Translations under genes and position numbers: made by a program
The notes under the pieces: model-generated
The model's database searches: none
Seen by the model: the letters and a program-made list of their open reading frames with translations, nothing else
Told to the model about the DNA's origin: nothing
Shown: positions 39,554 through 52,988 of the stretch, piece by piece
Layout: every line of letters begins with the position of its first letter
How positions within the stretch are numbered: position 1 is the first letter of the stretch
Origin: Kiloniellaceae bacterium
GTDB lineage: Bacteria > Pseudomonadota > Alphaproteobacteria > Kiloniellales > J153
Assembly: GCA_021776135.1 (NCBI GenBank)
Contig: JAJFGL010000016.1
Location: forward strand, 30,922-94,921
Direction: 5' to 3'
Length of the DNA stretch: 64,000 nucleotides

Positions 39554-40482
39554 CCCAAAGCATCGCGGTCCTCAAGGGCGGAACCTCGGCCGAGCGCGAG
39601 GTGTCTCTGGTTAGCGGCGCCGCCTGCGCCGCCGCCTTGCGCGAGTCCGGCTGCCAGGTCAAGGAGATCGAGGTGACCGGCGATGTCGGCGCCTTGCTGA
39701 AGGCCCTCACGGCGCCGGCGCCGGATGTCGTGTTCAACGCCCTGCACGGGCGTTGGGGCGAAGACGGCTGCGTGCAGGGCCTGCTTGAGTTGCTGCACCT
39801 GCCTTACACCCATTCCGGGGTCATGGCCTCGGCCCTGGCCATGAACAAGCAGATGACCAAGCACTTGGTCGCCGTCCACGGGGTCACCTCGCCCGAAGGC
39901 ATTATCGTGCGCCGCGAAGATCTGATCGACGGCGAGGTGATGGCCCCACCCTATGTGGTCAAGCCCTTGAAAGAAGGCTCCAGCGTCGGCGTGCGCATCG
40001 TCCTCGAGGGCGACAACCGCCCCATCCTCGACGACGCCGATTGGACTTACGGCGGCGACCTCTTGGTCGAGCGTTTCATACCCGGCCGCGAGCTGACCGT
40101 CGGCGTCATGGGTGAGCGCGCCCTAGCGGTGACCGAGATTATACCGCGCAAGGGGTTTTACGACTACGAGGCCAAGTACACCGAGGAACGCGCCGATCAT
40201 CTGGTCCCGGCCCCGCTTCCCAAGGCGATTACCGAAGCGGCCATGAACGGCGCCCTGGCGGCGCACCGGGCGCTCGGGTGCCGGGGCGTTTCACGGTCGG
40301 ATTTTCGCTATGACGATACCAAGACCAAGAACGGCGAAGCCGGCGAGCTGTACTTTCTGGAAGTGAATACCCAGCCGGGCATGACGCCGCTCAGCCTGGT
40401 TCCGGAACAAGCCGCGTATCTGGGCATGTCGTTCGCCGAGTTGTGCTCATGGATGGTGGAGAACGCCACATGCGATTCCTGA
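39550..40482 (+). CDS. ddl: D-alanine--D-alanine ligase
   Basis: Within ORF 38701... The ATG at 39550 overlaps the murB stop. Has [24 protein letters not shown] and EVNTQPGMT. Confidence 0.9.
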   Translation: MTQSIAVLKGGTSAEREVSLVSGAACAAALRESGCQVKEIEVTGDVGALLKALTAPAPDVVFNALHGRWGEDGCVQGLLELLHLPYTHSGVMASALAMNKQMTKHLVAVHGVTSPEGIIVRREDLIDGEVMAPPYVVKPLKEGSSVGVRIVLEGDNRPILDDADWTYGGDLLVERFIPGRELTVGVMGERALAVTEIIPRKGFYDYEAKYTEERADHLVPAPLPKAITEAAMNGALAAHRALGCRGVSRSDFRYDDTKTKNGEAGELYFLEVNTQPGMTPLSLVPEQAAYLGMSFAELCSWMVENATCDS

Positions 40483-41345
40483 CCCCAAAGGCGCCAAAGC
40501 GCCGCCCGCGCGCCAACGCCAAGGCCGGGGCCAATCGGCGCCGGGTGCGCCGGGGGCCCGATTGGCGCTTTCGCCGGCGGGTCGCCGCCAGTGCCTTGGG
40601 CGCCATAGCGATCGGCGGTCTGGTCGGCCTGTGGTCGACCGGCTGGGTGGAACGGCAAGCCGGCGTGGCTTGGCTCGCGGCCATGAACGCGACCGCCGCG
40701 GCCGGGTTAAGGGTCGAAGACGTCTTGGTCGAAGGCCGCGAGCGGACCGCGCGCAGCCAGATCCTGGAAACGCTGAATCTGAGCCGTGGCGATCCGATCC
40801 TGGGTTTCGATCCCCATGTCGCCAAGGTCCTGCTGGAACGCCTGCCCTGGGTCCGCGAGGCTGAAGTGGTGCGGCGCCTGCCGGCTATCGTCTACGTGCG
40901 CTTGGACGAGCGGATTCCCCTGGCCTTGTGGCAAAGCGACGGCAAGCTGACGGTTATCGACGGCCGCGGCGAGGTCGTTAAGGGCGCGCCGCCCGAGGCC
41001 TTCGCGTCCCTGCCCCTGCTGGTCGGCGCGGACGTGCCGCGCCATGCCCTGAAACTCATTTCCTTGCTCGACAGCGAGCCGGAGTTGCGGCCACGGGTCG
41101 CGGCGGCGGTTCTGGTGCGCGGGCGGCGTTGGAACGTGCGGCTGGACGGCGGTATCGACGTGCGCCTGCCGGAAATCGACCCCCGCGCGGCCTGGGCGCA
41201 ACTGGCTCAAATGCAACGCGAGCAAGGGGTATTGGAACGCGACGTGATCGCCATCGATCTGCGCATGCCGGATCGCCTGGTCGTGCGTACGGCGCCGGGC
41301 GTTATGCCCAAGCGCGGCAAACCGCGCGCCGGCGAAGAGACTTGA
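40470..41345 (+). CDS. ftsQ: Cell division protein FtsQ
   Basis: Basic N-terminus, a TM segment ([14 protein letters not shown]), and POTRA-like [20 protein letters not shown]. Position is between ddl and ftsA. Confidence 0.8.
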   Translation: MRFLTPKAPKRRPRANAKAGANRRRVRRGPDWRFRRRVAASALGAIAIGGLVGLWSTGWVERQAGVAWLAAMNATAAAGLRVEDVLVEGRERTARSQILETLNLSRGDPILGFDPHVAKVLLERLPWVREAEVVRRLPAIVYVRLDERIPLALWQSDGKLTVIDGRGEVVKGAPPEAFASLPLLVGADVPRHALKLISLLDSEPELRPRVAAAVLVRGRRWNVRLDGGIDVRLPEIDPRAAWAQLAQMQREQGVLERDVIAIDLRMPDRLVVRTAPGVMPKRGKPRAGEET

Positions 41346-41367
41346 GAATAGGACAAGCGCTTTGACC

Positions 41368-42657
41368 ATGACCAAAACCAAAGGCGGTCTCCTTGCCGCC
41401 CTGGATATCGGATGCAGCAAGGTATGTTGCTTCATCGCCCGTCCCGGTAACGATGGGCGGCCGCAGGTGATCGGTATCGGTCAGCAGGCTAGCCGCGGTA
41501 TCAAGAACGGCACCGTCGTCGATATGGCCGGCGCCGAGGCGGCCATCCTCAATGCGGTCCATGCCGCCGAACTCATGGCCGGCGAAACCATCGAGCGGGT
41601 AATCGTGAGCTTGGCCGGCGGGCATCCGGCGTCGAGCTCCGTCGGGGTCCAAATCGCGCTGAACGGTCACGGTGTCGACGAAGCGGATCTGCGGCGCGCC
41701 TTCGACCATTGCCGCCAAACCCACGGCCTGAAGGGGAGCAATGGCGGCGCCAACGGCACCGCCGGACAGGCCGGTAACGGTCGTCAGACGATCCATTCGA
41801 TTCCCACCGCCTTCACAATAGACGGCAACCGCGGCGTGCGCGACCCGCGCGGCATGTTCGGCGACCGCCTGGGCGTCAAGATTCATTTCGTGACCGCCGA
41901 GACCGGCGCCGTCCGCAACCTGACTACTTGTATCCGGCGCTGTCATCTGGATGTCGCCGGTTATGTGGTGGCGCCCTTCGCGTCCGGCCTTGCCGCGCTC
42001 GCGGATGACGAACTCGAACTTGGGGTCACCGTGATCGACATGGGCGGCGGCATCACCAGCATCGCGGTCTTCTACGAAGGCAGCGTCGTCTTTACCGACG
42101 TCGTGCCCGTGGGCGGCGATCATGTGACCAAGGATATCGCCAGGGGCCTGTCCACAAGCCTCGCCCATGCCGAACGCCTGAAGACGCTCTACGGGCACGC
42201 CATGGTGACGGACGCCGATGCGCATGAAACCATCGAGGTCCCGCAAGTTGGCGAAGACGATGAAGCCAACGCCCGTCAAGTTCCACGCTCGCTCCTGGTC
42301 GGCATCGTTCAACCGCGCCTCGAGGAGACCTTCGAGCTTGTCCGTTCGTACCTCGAGGCGAGCGGCTTCGACAAACTGGGCGGGCGCCGGGTTGTCTTGA
42401 CCGGCGGCGCCTCCCTGCTGCCGGGCATGTGCGACCTGGGCGGTCTAATTCTGGATAAACAGCTGCGCATCGGGCGGCCCACGCGGGTCCAAGGCTTGGC
42501 AGAGGCCACGGCGGGCCCGGCCTACGCGACCTGCGCGGGACTTCTGATACATGGCGCCGCCGAGGACACGGCCGCGCCAGGGAAATCCCCGGCCATTCCG
42601 CAAACGCCGGAGTCTTTATTCGGCCGCGTCGGCCACTGGTTGCGGGAGCATTTTTGA
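41368..42657 (+). CDS. ftsA: Cell division protein FtsA
   Basis: Actin-like ATPase pattern (LDIGCSKV, IDMGGG.T, GGDH.T.DIA, LTGGAS). Its position is upstream of ftsZ. Confidence 0.9.
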   Translation: MTKTKGGLLAALDIGCSKVCCFIARPGNDGRPQVIGIGQQASRGIKNGTVVDMAGAEAAILNAVHAAELMAGETIERVIVSLAGGHPASSSVGVQIALNGHGVDEADLRRAFDHCRQTHGLKGSNGGANGTAGQAGNGRQTIHSIPTAFTIDGNRGVRDPRGMFGDRLGVKIHFVTAETGAVRNLTTCIRRCHLDVAGYVVAPFASGLAALADDELELGVTVIDMGGGITSIAVFYEGSVVFTDVVPVGGDHVTKDIARGLSTSLAHAERLKTLYGHAMVTDADAHETIEVPQVGEDDEANARQVPRSLLVGIVQPRLEETFELVRSYLEASGFDKLGGRRVVLTGGASLLPGMCDLGGLILDKQLRIGRPTRVQGLAEATAGPAYATCAGLLIHGAAEDTAAPGKSPAIPQTPESLFGRVGHWLREHF

Positions 42658-42751
42658 GAACGGCGATCGGACGCTCCGGCCGGATCGGAGCAACACGTTT
42701 TAGCCGCCGGGAGACCGGCAACATCCATCTAGAGGGGCAATGGAGAACGTT

Positions 42752-44452
42752 ATGACCTTAAATATAAGTGTACCGAAAGCGGAATTTAACTTGGCGCCGA
42801 AGATTACCGTCATCGGCGTCGGCGGGGCCGGCGGCAACGCGGTCAACAACATGATCCAGTCGAACGTCGAAGGCGTCGAGTTCTTGATCTCGAATACCGA
42901 TTCGCAAGCCTTGGGCCTATCGTTGTGCGAGCGCCGCATACAGATGGGACGCAGCATCACCCAAGGCCTGGGCGCCGGGTCGCGCCCGGACATCGGCCGG
43001 GCCGCGGCGGAAGAACAGCTCGATGAAATTCTGGCGGAGCTGGATGGCGCCAACATGGTGTTCATCACCGCCGGCATGGGCGGGGGCACCGGCACCGGCG
43101 CCGCGCCAGTGATCGCCCGGGCCGCGCGCGAGGCCGGTATCCTGACGGTCGGCGTGGTCACCAAGCCGTTCCAGTTCGAGGGCGTGCACCGCATGCGCAT
43201 GGCCGAGGCCGGTATTACCGAGATGACCCAGTACGTCGATACTCTGATCGTTATTCCGAACCAGAACCTGTTCCGCGTCGCCAATGAGAAAACCACCTTC
43301 GCCGACGCCTTCAAGATGGCCGACGATGTCTTGCGTTCCGGCGTGCGCGGGGTCACCGACCTGATGGTCATGCCGGGGTTGATCAATCTCGATTTTGCCG
43401 ATATCCGCTCGGTCATGACCGAAATGGGCAAGGCCATGATGGGTACCGGAGAGGCCGAGGGCGACAATCGCGCCATCAACGCCGCCGAAGCCGCGATTTC
43501 CAACCCCTTGCTCGACGACGTTTCCATGAAGGGCGCGCGCGGCGTTTTGATCAACATCTCGGGCGGCATGGACCTCACGCTGTTCGAGGTCGACGAGACG
43601 GCCAACCGGATTCGCGACGAGGTCGATCCCGACGCCAATATCATCTTCGGCGCCATCTTCGATCAAAGCCTGGAGGGGCGGATGCGCGTCTCCGTGGTCG
43701 CGACCGGGATCGAGGCCGAGGCGGCGGAAGCCCCCATCCCCTCGCCCATGCCCCTGAGCCTGGTGTCCGATCGCGATATCCCGCGTAGCGCCGGTTACGG
43801 TGGCGGTTCCGGCGGCGGAGCGGCCCTGGCCAGTGCCGCCCAGGCCTACGAAATCCAAGCCGAGCCGGTGGCAAGCAGCGAACCGGCCATGACCGCCGGG
43901 GAACCGGTGGCCGTCAGCGAAGCGGCGCCTCAGGCCGAGTTGCCGGGTAACCGCCTGTTTGAATATTCGCAGACGTCGGCGGCCGTTGACCCGGTGTCCA
44001 AGACCCCGGACCCGGCGGAACGGCGGCAAGATGTCTTCATCGCGCCCAAGGCAATCGAGGCGGTCCTGGAATACGAAGCCGATCCGGCTCAAGCGGCGGC
44101 GGACCCCTTTGCCGCGGCGGCCGTATCCAACGGATCGCCGGTGCCCGAGGCCGATCGGCCGCATCTCGGCTTCGACCGTAAAAAGGCGCAGCGCCTGTTC
44201 GCGAACTTCACCGAGAATGCCGCCAGGGCCTTATCCGGGTCGCCACAGGCGAGCGAACCGCCCCTGGCCCATCGCAGCGAACCCAGCCTGGAAAAGAACC
44301 ACCGCGATTCCCGGCGACCGGCGGATCCGGCTACCCAAGCGGCGGATCAGCCCGGCCTAACCGGGCTCGAGACCTCTGCGGCGGCTGAAATCGTGCGCGA
44401 GGAAGAGAGTTTCCTGGATATTCCAGCTTTCCTCCGGCGTCAGGCCAACTAA
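42752..44452 (+). CDS. ftsZ: Cell division GTPase FtsZ
   Basis: [13 protein letters not shown] and the tubulin signature [14 protein letters not shown] long disordered linker precedes the conserved C-terminal peptide [14 protein letters not shown] 42752 follows GGAGA; the alternative is 42740. Confidence 0.95.
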   Translation: MTLNISVPKAEFNLAPKITVIGVGGAGGNAVNNMIQSNVEGVEFLISNTDSQALGLSLCERRIQMGRSITQGLGAGSRPDIGRAAAEEQLDEILAELDGANMVFITAGMGGGTGTGAAPVIARAAREAGILTVGVVTKPFQFEGVHRMRMAEAGITEMTQYVDTLIVIPNQNLFRVANEKTTFADAFKMADDVLRSGVRGVTDLMVMPGLINLDFADIRSVMTEMGKAMMGTGEAEGDNRAINAAEAAISNPLLDDVSMKGARGVLINISGGMDLTLFEVDETANRIRDEVDPDANIIFGAIFDQSLEGRMRVSVVATGIEAEAAEAPIPSPMPLSLVSDRDIPRSAGYGGGSGGGAALASAAQAYEIQAEPVASSEPAMTAGEPVAVSEAAPQAELPGNRLFEYSQTSAAVDPVSKTPDPAERRQDVFIAPKAIEAVLEYEADPAQAAADPFAAAAVSNGSPVPEADRPHLGFDRKKAQRLFANFTENAARALSGSPQASEPPLAHRSEPSLEKNHRDSRRPADPATQAADQPGLTGLETSAAAEIVREEESFLDIPAFLRRQAN

Positions 44453-44500
44453 ACACGCCGTTCAAAGACCCCGGCGGCCCTCATGGCCGCCGGGCAAGAC

Positions 44501-44551
44501 ACGGCCGCCCTGGGGTGCCCCTCAAATTCCCTGGGCGGCCGTTCTTGTTTT
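44501..44551 (+). terminator. Terminator-like hairpin downstream of ftsZ
   Basis: ACGGCCGCCC (44501-44510) pairs with GGGCGGCCGT (44533-44542), followed by TCTTGTTTT. An earlier perfect 10-bp hairpin, CCCGGCGGCC/GGCCGCCGGG at 44470-44494, has no U-tract. Confidence 0.55.
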
Positions 44552-44780
44552 AACGCCTCCTTAAGCACCTTGCCCCGCCTTCGCGTTCGTAACATGCTGT
44601 AACAAAGAGTGATTTGAAGGCTGCAAGCCATTTCGCATATAACCTTACATTAGAAGACAATAAACAGTCTCTTTGGGGGATTCCCGCTTAGACCGCGTTC
44701 GATCCGGGCGTCATGCCACGGAACCGCGACACCTGAGTCCAGATCCGTTACCCGATGAGAAAAGAACGATAAAAAAAACG

Positions 44781-44818
44781 TGCGCGATAGCGAGACGAGT
44801 GTGCGATAGCGAGACGAG
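44781..44818 (+). repeat. 19-nt tandem duplication (TG[C/T]GCGATAGCGAGACGAG x2) abutting the lpxC start
   Basis: Read directly from the sequence. The second copy supplies the GAGGA Shine-Dalgarno region. Confidence 0.9.
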
Positions 44819-44825
44819 GATGACT

Positions 44826-45782
44826 ATGCAGATGCGTGCGGGCGGTCCTATCATTCAGCAGAAGACGCTGAAGAACTCCATCCAGTGTTCGGGAATAGGC
44901 TTGCACAGCGGTGTGAAGGTCAGGATGACCATGCACCCAGGCGCGCCCGATACCGGTATATTGTTTTGCCGCACCGGGCTGCCCGGCGGCCCGGTCGAGA
45001 TTCCGGCGACCTGGGAGTACGCGATCGAAACTCCCTTATGCACCACCCTGGTTGACCCGGCGGGCGATACCAAGATCGCGACCATCGAACACTTGATGTC
45101 GGCCTTGTTGGGCTGCGGTATCGACAACGCGCTGATCGAACTCGACGGCCCCGAAGTTCCGGTCATGGACGGCAGCGCCGCGCCCTTCGTGTTTCTGATC
45201 GAATGCGCCGGCACGGCTGGGCAAAACGCGCCACGGCGGGTCATTGAGGTCATGAAGGAAGTCATCGTCTCGGAGCCGGAACGCGCGATCGCCTTGACCC
45301 CCGGGGCCAATATGTCGGTCGATTTCGAGATCGACTTCGATAGCCCGGCGGTGGCCCAGCAATCCTGGTCCATGCACGTCAGCGAAGGGGCCTATAAGCG
45401 CGACATATCGCGGGCCCGGACCTTTGGTTTCCTGCATGAAGTCGACCGGCTGCGCGAGATGGGCTTTGCCCGTGGCGGCTCCCTCGACAACGCCATCGTG
45501 ATCGACGGCAGCCGGATACTGAACCCCGGCGGACTGCGCTTCGATGACGAATTTGTCCGCCATAAGGTCTTGGATCTGATCGGCGATCTTTTCCTGGCCG
45601 GCGGGCCGGTCATTGGCCTGACGCACGGCTTCAAGGCCGGGCACGCGCTGACTTTGCGTCTGCTCCAAAAGCTGTTCGCCGACCGCGGCGCCTGGCGCTT
45701 GCGCGACATGACCGAAGCCGATTTGGCCATCGGCATGGGGGCGGTCACGCCGCCGGTGCGCGCCGTGGCGGCTTACGCCTAA
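44826..45782 (+). CDS. lpxC: UDP-3-O-acyl-N-acetylglucosamine deacetylase
   Basis: QKTLKNSIQCSGIGLHSG, TIEHLMSAL, HKVLDLIGDL. Candidate ATGs are 44820, 44826 and 44832; the track ORF begins at 44673. Confidence 0.9.
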   Translation: MQMRAGGPIIQQKTLKNSIQCSGIGLHSGVKVRMTMHPGAPDTGILFCRTGLPGGPVEIPATWEYAIETPLCTTLVDPAGDTKIATIEHLMSALLGCGIDNALIELDGPEVPVMDGSAAPFVFLIECAGTAGQNAPRRVIEVMKEVIVSEPERAIALTPGANMSVDFEIDFDSPAVAQQSWSMHVSEGAYKRDISRARTFGFLHEVDRLREMGFARGGSLDNAIVIDGSRILNPGGLRFDDEFVRHKVLDLIGDLFLAGGPVIGLTHGFKAGHALTLRLLQKLFADRGAWRLRDMTEADLAIGMGAVTPPVRAVAAYA

Positions 45783-45925
45783 AGCCTTCCCGCGCCAATT
45801 CATCGCCAATCCGCCAGCGTGCACCCGGCTTGAGGCGGCCGGAATCACGACCTATAATCCGGGTGAAACGGGCTGCCTAGACTGGCCTCTTCATCGTCGC
45901 CGGCACGGATCGAGGATCGCGGATC

Positions 45926-46771
45926 ATGACCCCTAGAAAAGGTGTGTCGCACGGAAAAGGCGCGCCGGGATTCGGAGCCAAGCTTCTTTTGGCCGGATTT
46001 CTGGCCCTAGCCATATCCGCTTGCGCCAGCGACGAACCGAAGTACGTCGAGCTTCCCGTCGAAGATTTATATAACTCCGCCATGGATAGCCTGTTCGCCG
46101 CCGACTACGTGGAAGCGGCGCGCCTGTTCGACGAAGTGGAGCGCCAGCACCCTTATTCGGTCTGGGCCTCCAAGGCACAGGTCATGGCGGCCTATGCCTT
46201 CTATCAGAACAACAAGTACGACGACGCCATCAACGCCTTGGACCGCTTCATTCAGTTGCATCCCGGCAATCGCGATATCGCCTACGCCCATTACCTGAGG
46301 GCGATCAGCTATTACGAGCAGATATCGGATGTCGGCCGGGATCAGAAAATGACCCGCATGGCGCTGGAAACGCTGCAAGAGGTGGTACGGCGGTTCCCGG
46401 AAAGCCGCTATGCCCGCGACGCGACGCTGAAAATCGATCTCGCGCGCGACCATATTGCCGGCAAACACATGGAGATCGGGCGTTTCTATCAGGCCAAGGG
46501 GGAACACCTGGCCGCCATCAACCGGTTCCGGGCGGTCATTCAAAACTACCAGACAACGACCCACGCCCCGGAAGCCTTGCATCGCCTGGTGGAAAGCTAC
46601 CTGGCCATCGGGGTCACGGACGAGGCCCAGGCCACCGCCGCCGTACTTGGCTTCAATTATCCGGGCAGCGACTGGTACCTGGATAGCTACGCCTTGCTGA
46701 CGGGAAAAGATCTGCGCCCAGAGGGTAGTAAGGATTCCTGGATCGCCCGGATCTGGAAATCCATTACCTAA
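45926..46771 (+). CDS. bamD: Outer membrane protein assembly factor BamD
   Basis: Lipobox LAISAC and the TPR-like YfiO pattern (YYEQI...RFP.S.YA.DA). Conserved position after lpxC. Confidence 0.85.
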   Translation: MTPRKGVSHGKGAPGFGAKLLLAGFLALAISACASDEPKYVELPVEDLYNSAMDSLFAADYVEAARLFDEVERQHPYSVWASKAQVMAAYAFYQNNKYDDAINALDRFIQLHPGNRDIAYAHYLRAISYYEQISDVGRDQKMTRMALETLQEVVRRFPESRYARDATLKIDLARDHIAGKHMEIGRFYQAKGEHLAAINRFRAVIQNYQTTTHAPEALHRLVESYLAIGVTDEAQATAAVLGFNYPGSDWYLDSYALLTGKDLRPEGSKDSWIARIWKSIT

Positions 46772-46794
46772 TACCAAGGATCGGGGTTACCGGC

Positions 46795-50552
<3,758 letters not shown>

Positions 50553-50619
50553 AGACAAACACTATCTTTACCCGCCTGGGATAGCTTGGTGTTTTCCCCA
50601 AGCCTGGATCCGCCGCGCC

Positions 50620-50883
50620 ATGATGAAAGCCGAAGAGAGCCTCGAATTCATACTGGAGAAGGTCCAGGCCCTGGGAAGCGGCGAGCGGCCCGATCAGAGA
50701 GCGGCCTACCGGGCGCTCATTCACCTGACCCAGCGTTGGGCCGAGCCGACGGACCTCTATATCTCCGAGGACTTGGCCATGGCCGAACGGATCGGCCAGG
50801 ACTTGGCCGAAATATCCCGCCACATCAACGACCTCCAGCACGCCTACATGAAGGCCCTATTCAGCGACACCGCCACTACCTAG
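50620..50883 (+). CDS. Small helical hypothetical protein (87 aa)
   Basis: ORF 50536.. trimmed to ATG 50620. Third codon positions are strongly G/C, as in real genes here. No recognised family. The 3' end overlaps the convergent pepP-like gene by 27 nt. Confidence 0.45.
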   Translation: MMKAEESLEFILEKVQALGSGERPDQRAAYRALIHLTQRWAEPTDLYISEDLAMAERIGQDLAEISRHINDLQHAYMKALFSDTATT

Positions 50884-52695
50884 CGGCGCCGTCGCCCCTT
50901 TCAACCACGCCGCCGTTTCGGCGTCCAGCCCCGCGCTGTGCGCCGCGCGCACCCGGGCGTGGTAGGCGTCCAGCCAGGCGGTCTCTTCCGGGTTCAGCAG
51001 GGCCGTATCGATCAAGCGCCGCTCTATGGGCGCCAGGGTCAAGGTCTCAAAGGCCAGCATATCCTTTTCGTCCGGCGATTTGGCCGGGCTTTCGATCACC
51101 GCGACCAGGTTCTCGATCCTGATGCCATAGGCCCCGGTTTTGTAGTATCCGGGTTCGTTGGACACGATCATGCCGGGTTGCAGGGCGGTGGCGTTCGGCG
51201 TCTTGACGATACGCTGCGGGCCTTCGTGGACGTTGAGGTAGCTGCCGACCCCATGGCCGGTGCCATGGTCGTAATCCAGGCCCGCCTGCCACAAGGCATA
51301 GCGGGCCAGGGCGTCCAGTTGGCTGCCTGTCGTGCCCTCGGGAAAGCGCGCTCGTGCCAGGGCAATATGGCCTTTGAGCACGCGGGTGAAACGGTCGCGC
51401 ATTTCCGCCGTTGGCGCGCCGATGGCCAGGGTCCGGGTCACGTCCGTGGTGCCGTCCAGGTACTGGCCCCCCGAATCCACCAGATAGAGCTCCCCCAAAC
51501 CCAAGGGCCGGTTACTGGACAGCCCGGCCCGGTAATGCACGATGGCGCCGTTGGGGCCGGCGCCGGAGATGGTATCGAAGGAAGAGCCTTGAAACAGCGC
51601 GGCCTCGCCCCGGAAACTCAGGAGCTTCTCGACCGCCTCAAGCTCAAGGATCGGATTGCCGGCCTGGGCGCGCGCCTCCGCCTCCCGGTCCAGCCAAGCC
51701 AGAAACCGCACCAGCGCCTTGCCGTCGCGATCATGGGCCGCGCGCGTGCCCGCCAACTCGACCGGGTTCTTGCAGGCCTTTGGTAACTGACAAGGATCGG
51801 CGCCCGAGACCAGGGCCGCCCCGGCGGCGCGCAAGCGCTCAATAATCCAGGCGGCCGAGCCCGATGGATCTGTCAGCACTGTTTTTCCCGCCGCCCCCAG
51901 GTCGTCCAGAACCGGGCCCAGATCGCCGGGGTCGTGGATCGCCACCCCATTGCCGATGTGCGCGCGCAGCGCTGCGTCCGCCTTGGCCGGGGCCAGGAAC
52001 CACTGCACCGAGCCATCGGCGCGCAGCACCGCGAAAGACAAGGGCAAGGGCGAGGTCGGTACATCCCGGCCGCGCACGTTCAAGAGCCAGGCTATGGAAT
52101 CCGGCATGCTGAGGACCACCGCGTCGGCGCCCTGCTTCGCGATCCCGGCGGCGGCTTGCGTGCGTTTATCGGCCGCCGGAACGCCGGCATATTCAAGGGG
52201 GTGAGCAACCACCGGGCTTGCCGGCGGCGGTGGCCGGCCGGTCCAAATCGCGTCGATCGGATTGTCTTCCTGAAGCACCAAGCTGGCCCCGGCATTTTTC
52301 ACCGCCGCACGCAGGGTTTCGATCTGCCGTTCGCTGTGAAGCCAGGGATCGGCGCCCAGGACCTGCCCCGCCGACATGTGCGCCGCGACCCACTCGTCCG
52401 CCGGCTGTTCGGTCAGATGGCGGAACTCGAACAGGCCCTCGGCGACCTGGTCGCGCACCTGAAGGGTATAGCGGCCATCGACGAAAATGGCCGCACGCGC
52501 CGTCAAGACGACCGCCATGCCGGCCGAACCGCTAAAGCCCGTTAACCATGCCAGGCGTTCGCAGTCGGCGGCCACGTACTCGCCCAGATGCGCGTCCGCG
52601 CGGGGGACCACGAAGCCGTCCAGGGACCGGCGTTTCAGCTCGGCCCGAAGCCACGCCATGCGTTCGCTCAGCTCTTTTTCTAGAATTTCAGCCAT
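50857..52695 (-). CDS. Aminopeptidase P family (M24B) metallopeptidase
   Basis: Trimmed to ATG 52695 (MAEILEKEL...). M24 metal ligands lie in ...YLVDSGGQY.DGTTD..R..., HGTGHGVG and SNEPGYY. Confidence 0.85.
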   Translation of the reverse strand: MAEILEKELSERMAWLRAELKRRSLDGFVVPRADAHLGEYVAADCERLAWLTGFSGSAGMAVVLTARAAIFVDGRYTLQVRDQVAEGLFEFRHLTEQPADEWVAAHMSAGQVLGADPWLHSERQIETLRAAVKNAGASLVLQEDNPIDAIWTGRPPPPASPVVAHPLEYAGVPAADKRTQAAAGIAKQGADAVVLSMPDSIAWLLNVRGRDVPTSPLPLSFAVLRADGSVQWFLAPAKADAALRAHIGNGVAIHDPGDLGPVLDDLGAAGKTVLTDPSGSAAWIIERLRAAGAALVSGADPCQLPKACKNPVELAGTRAAHDRDGKALVRFLAWLDREAEARAQAGNPILELEAVEKLLSFRGEAALFQGSSFDTISGAGPNGAIVHYRAGLSSNRPLGLGELYLVDSGGQYLDGTTDVTRTLAIGAPTAEMRDRFTRVLKGHIALARARFPEGTTGSQLDALARYALWQAGLDYDHGTGHGVGSYLNVHEGPQRIVKTPNATALQPGMIVSNEPGYYKTGAYGIRIENLVAVIESPAKSPDEKDMLAFETLTLAPIERRLIDTALLNPEETAWLDAYHARVRAAHSAGLDAETAAWLKGATAPLGSGGVAE

Positions 52696-52787
52696 GATTT
52701 TCCCCGCGCCAAGTTGCATCGGGAAAGTTACGGCCAGGCCACCGTTTGGACAAGGACCGCGGCGGCGGCGGCATGGATCGCCGCCCC

Positions 52788-52873
52788 CCATATTGTTCGT
52801 AACCTATTGCAATATTGGTTCGTTAAAACTTAACCCAGCCATGCCAATATGGCATTGCTGCAGTGCAATATGG
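52788..52873. promoter_or_regulatory. Array of four CAATAT(T)GG motifs in the divergent promoter region
   Basis: CCATATTG (inverted) at 52788-52795, CAATATTGG at 52810-52818, CAATATGG at 52845-52852 and 52866-52873. ATATTG(G)TTCGT(T)AA is also repeated twice. Confidence 0.4.
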
Positions 52874-52988
52874 CCGCTCCAAGGATGCTCTTGGGTGCCC
52901 TAATTTCAAGACCAGACAAACAAGAATGCGGCCCGGCGACGGCTAGTCTAGGACCTGCATTGGAACATTTTTTTTGATGGAGATCCCT

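Noticed and set aside
38701-40482. 593-aa ORF suggesting a murB-overlapping N-terminal extension of ddl. Similar long 5' extensions occur for ftsW, murG, murE, ftsI, ligA and lpxC.
   Set aside because: The family-typical N-termini begin at internal ATGs that overlap the preceding stop codon (ATGA coupling). The extensions are out-of-frame reads of the upstream gene.
52850-52868. TGGCAT...TGCA resembling a sigma54 -24/-12 promoter
   Set aside because: The GG-to-GC spacing is not the required 10 nt, in any register.
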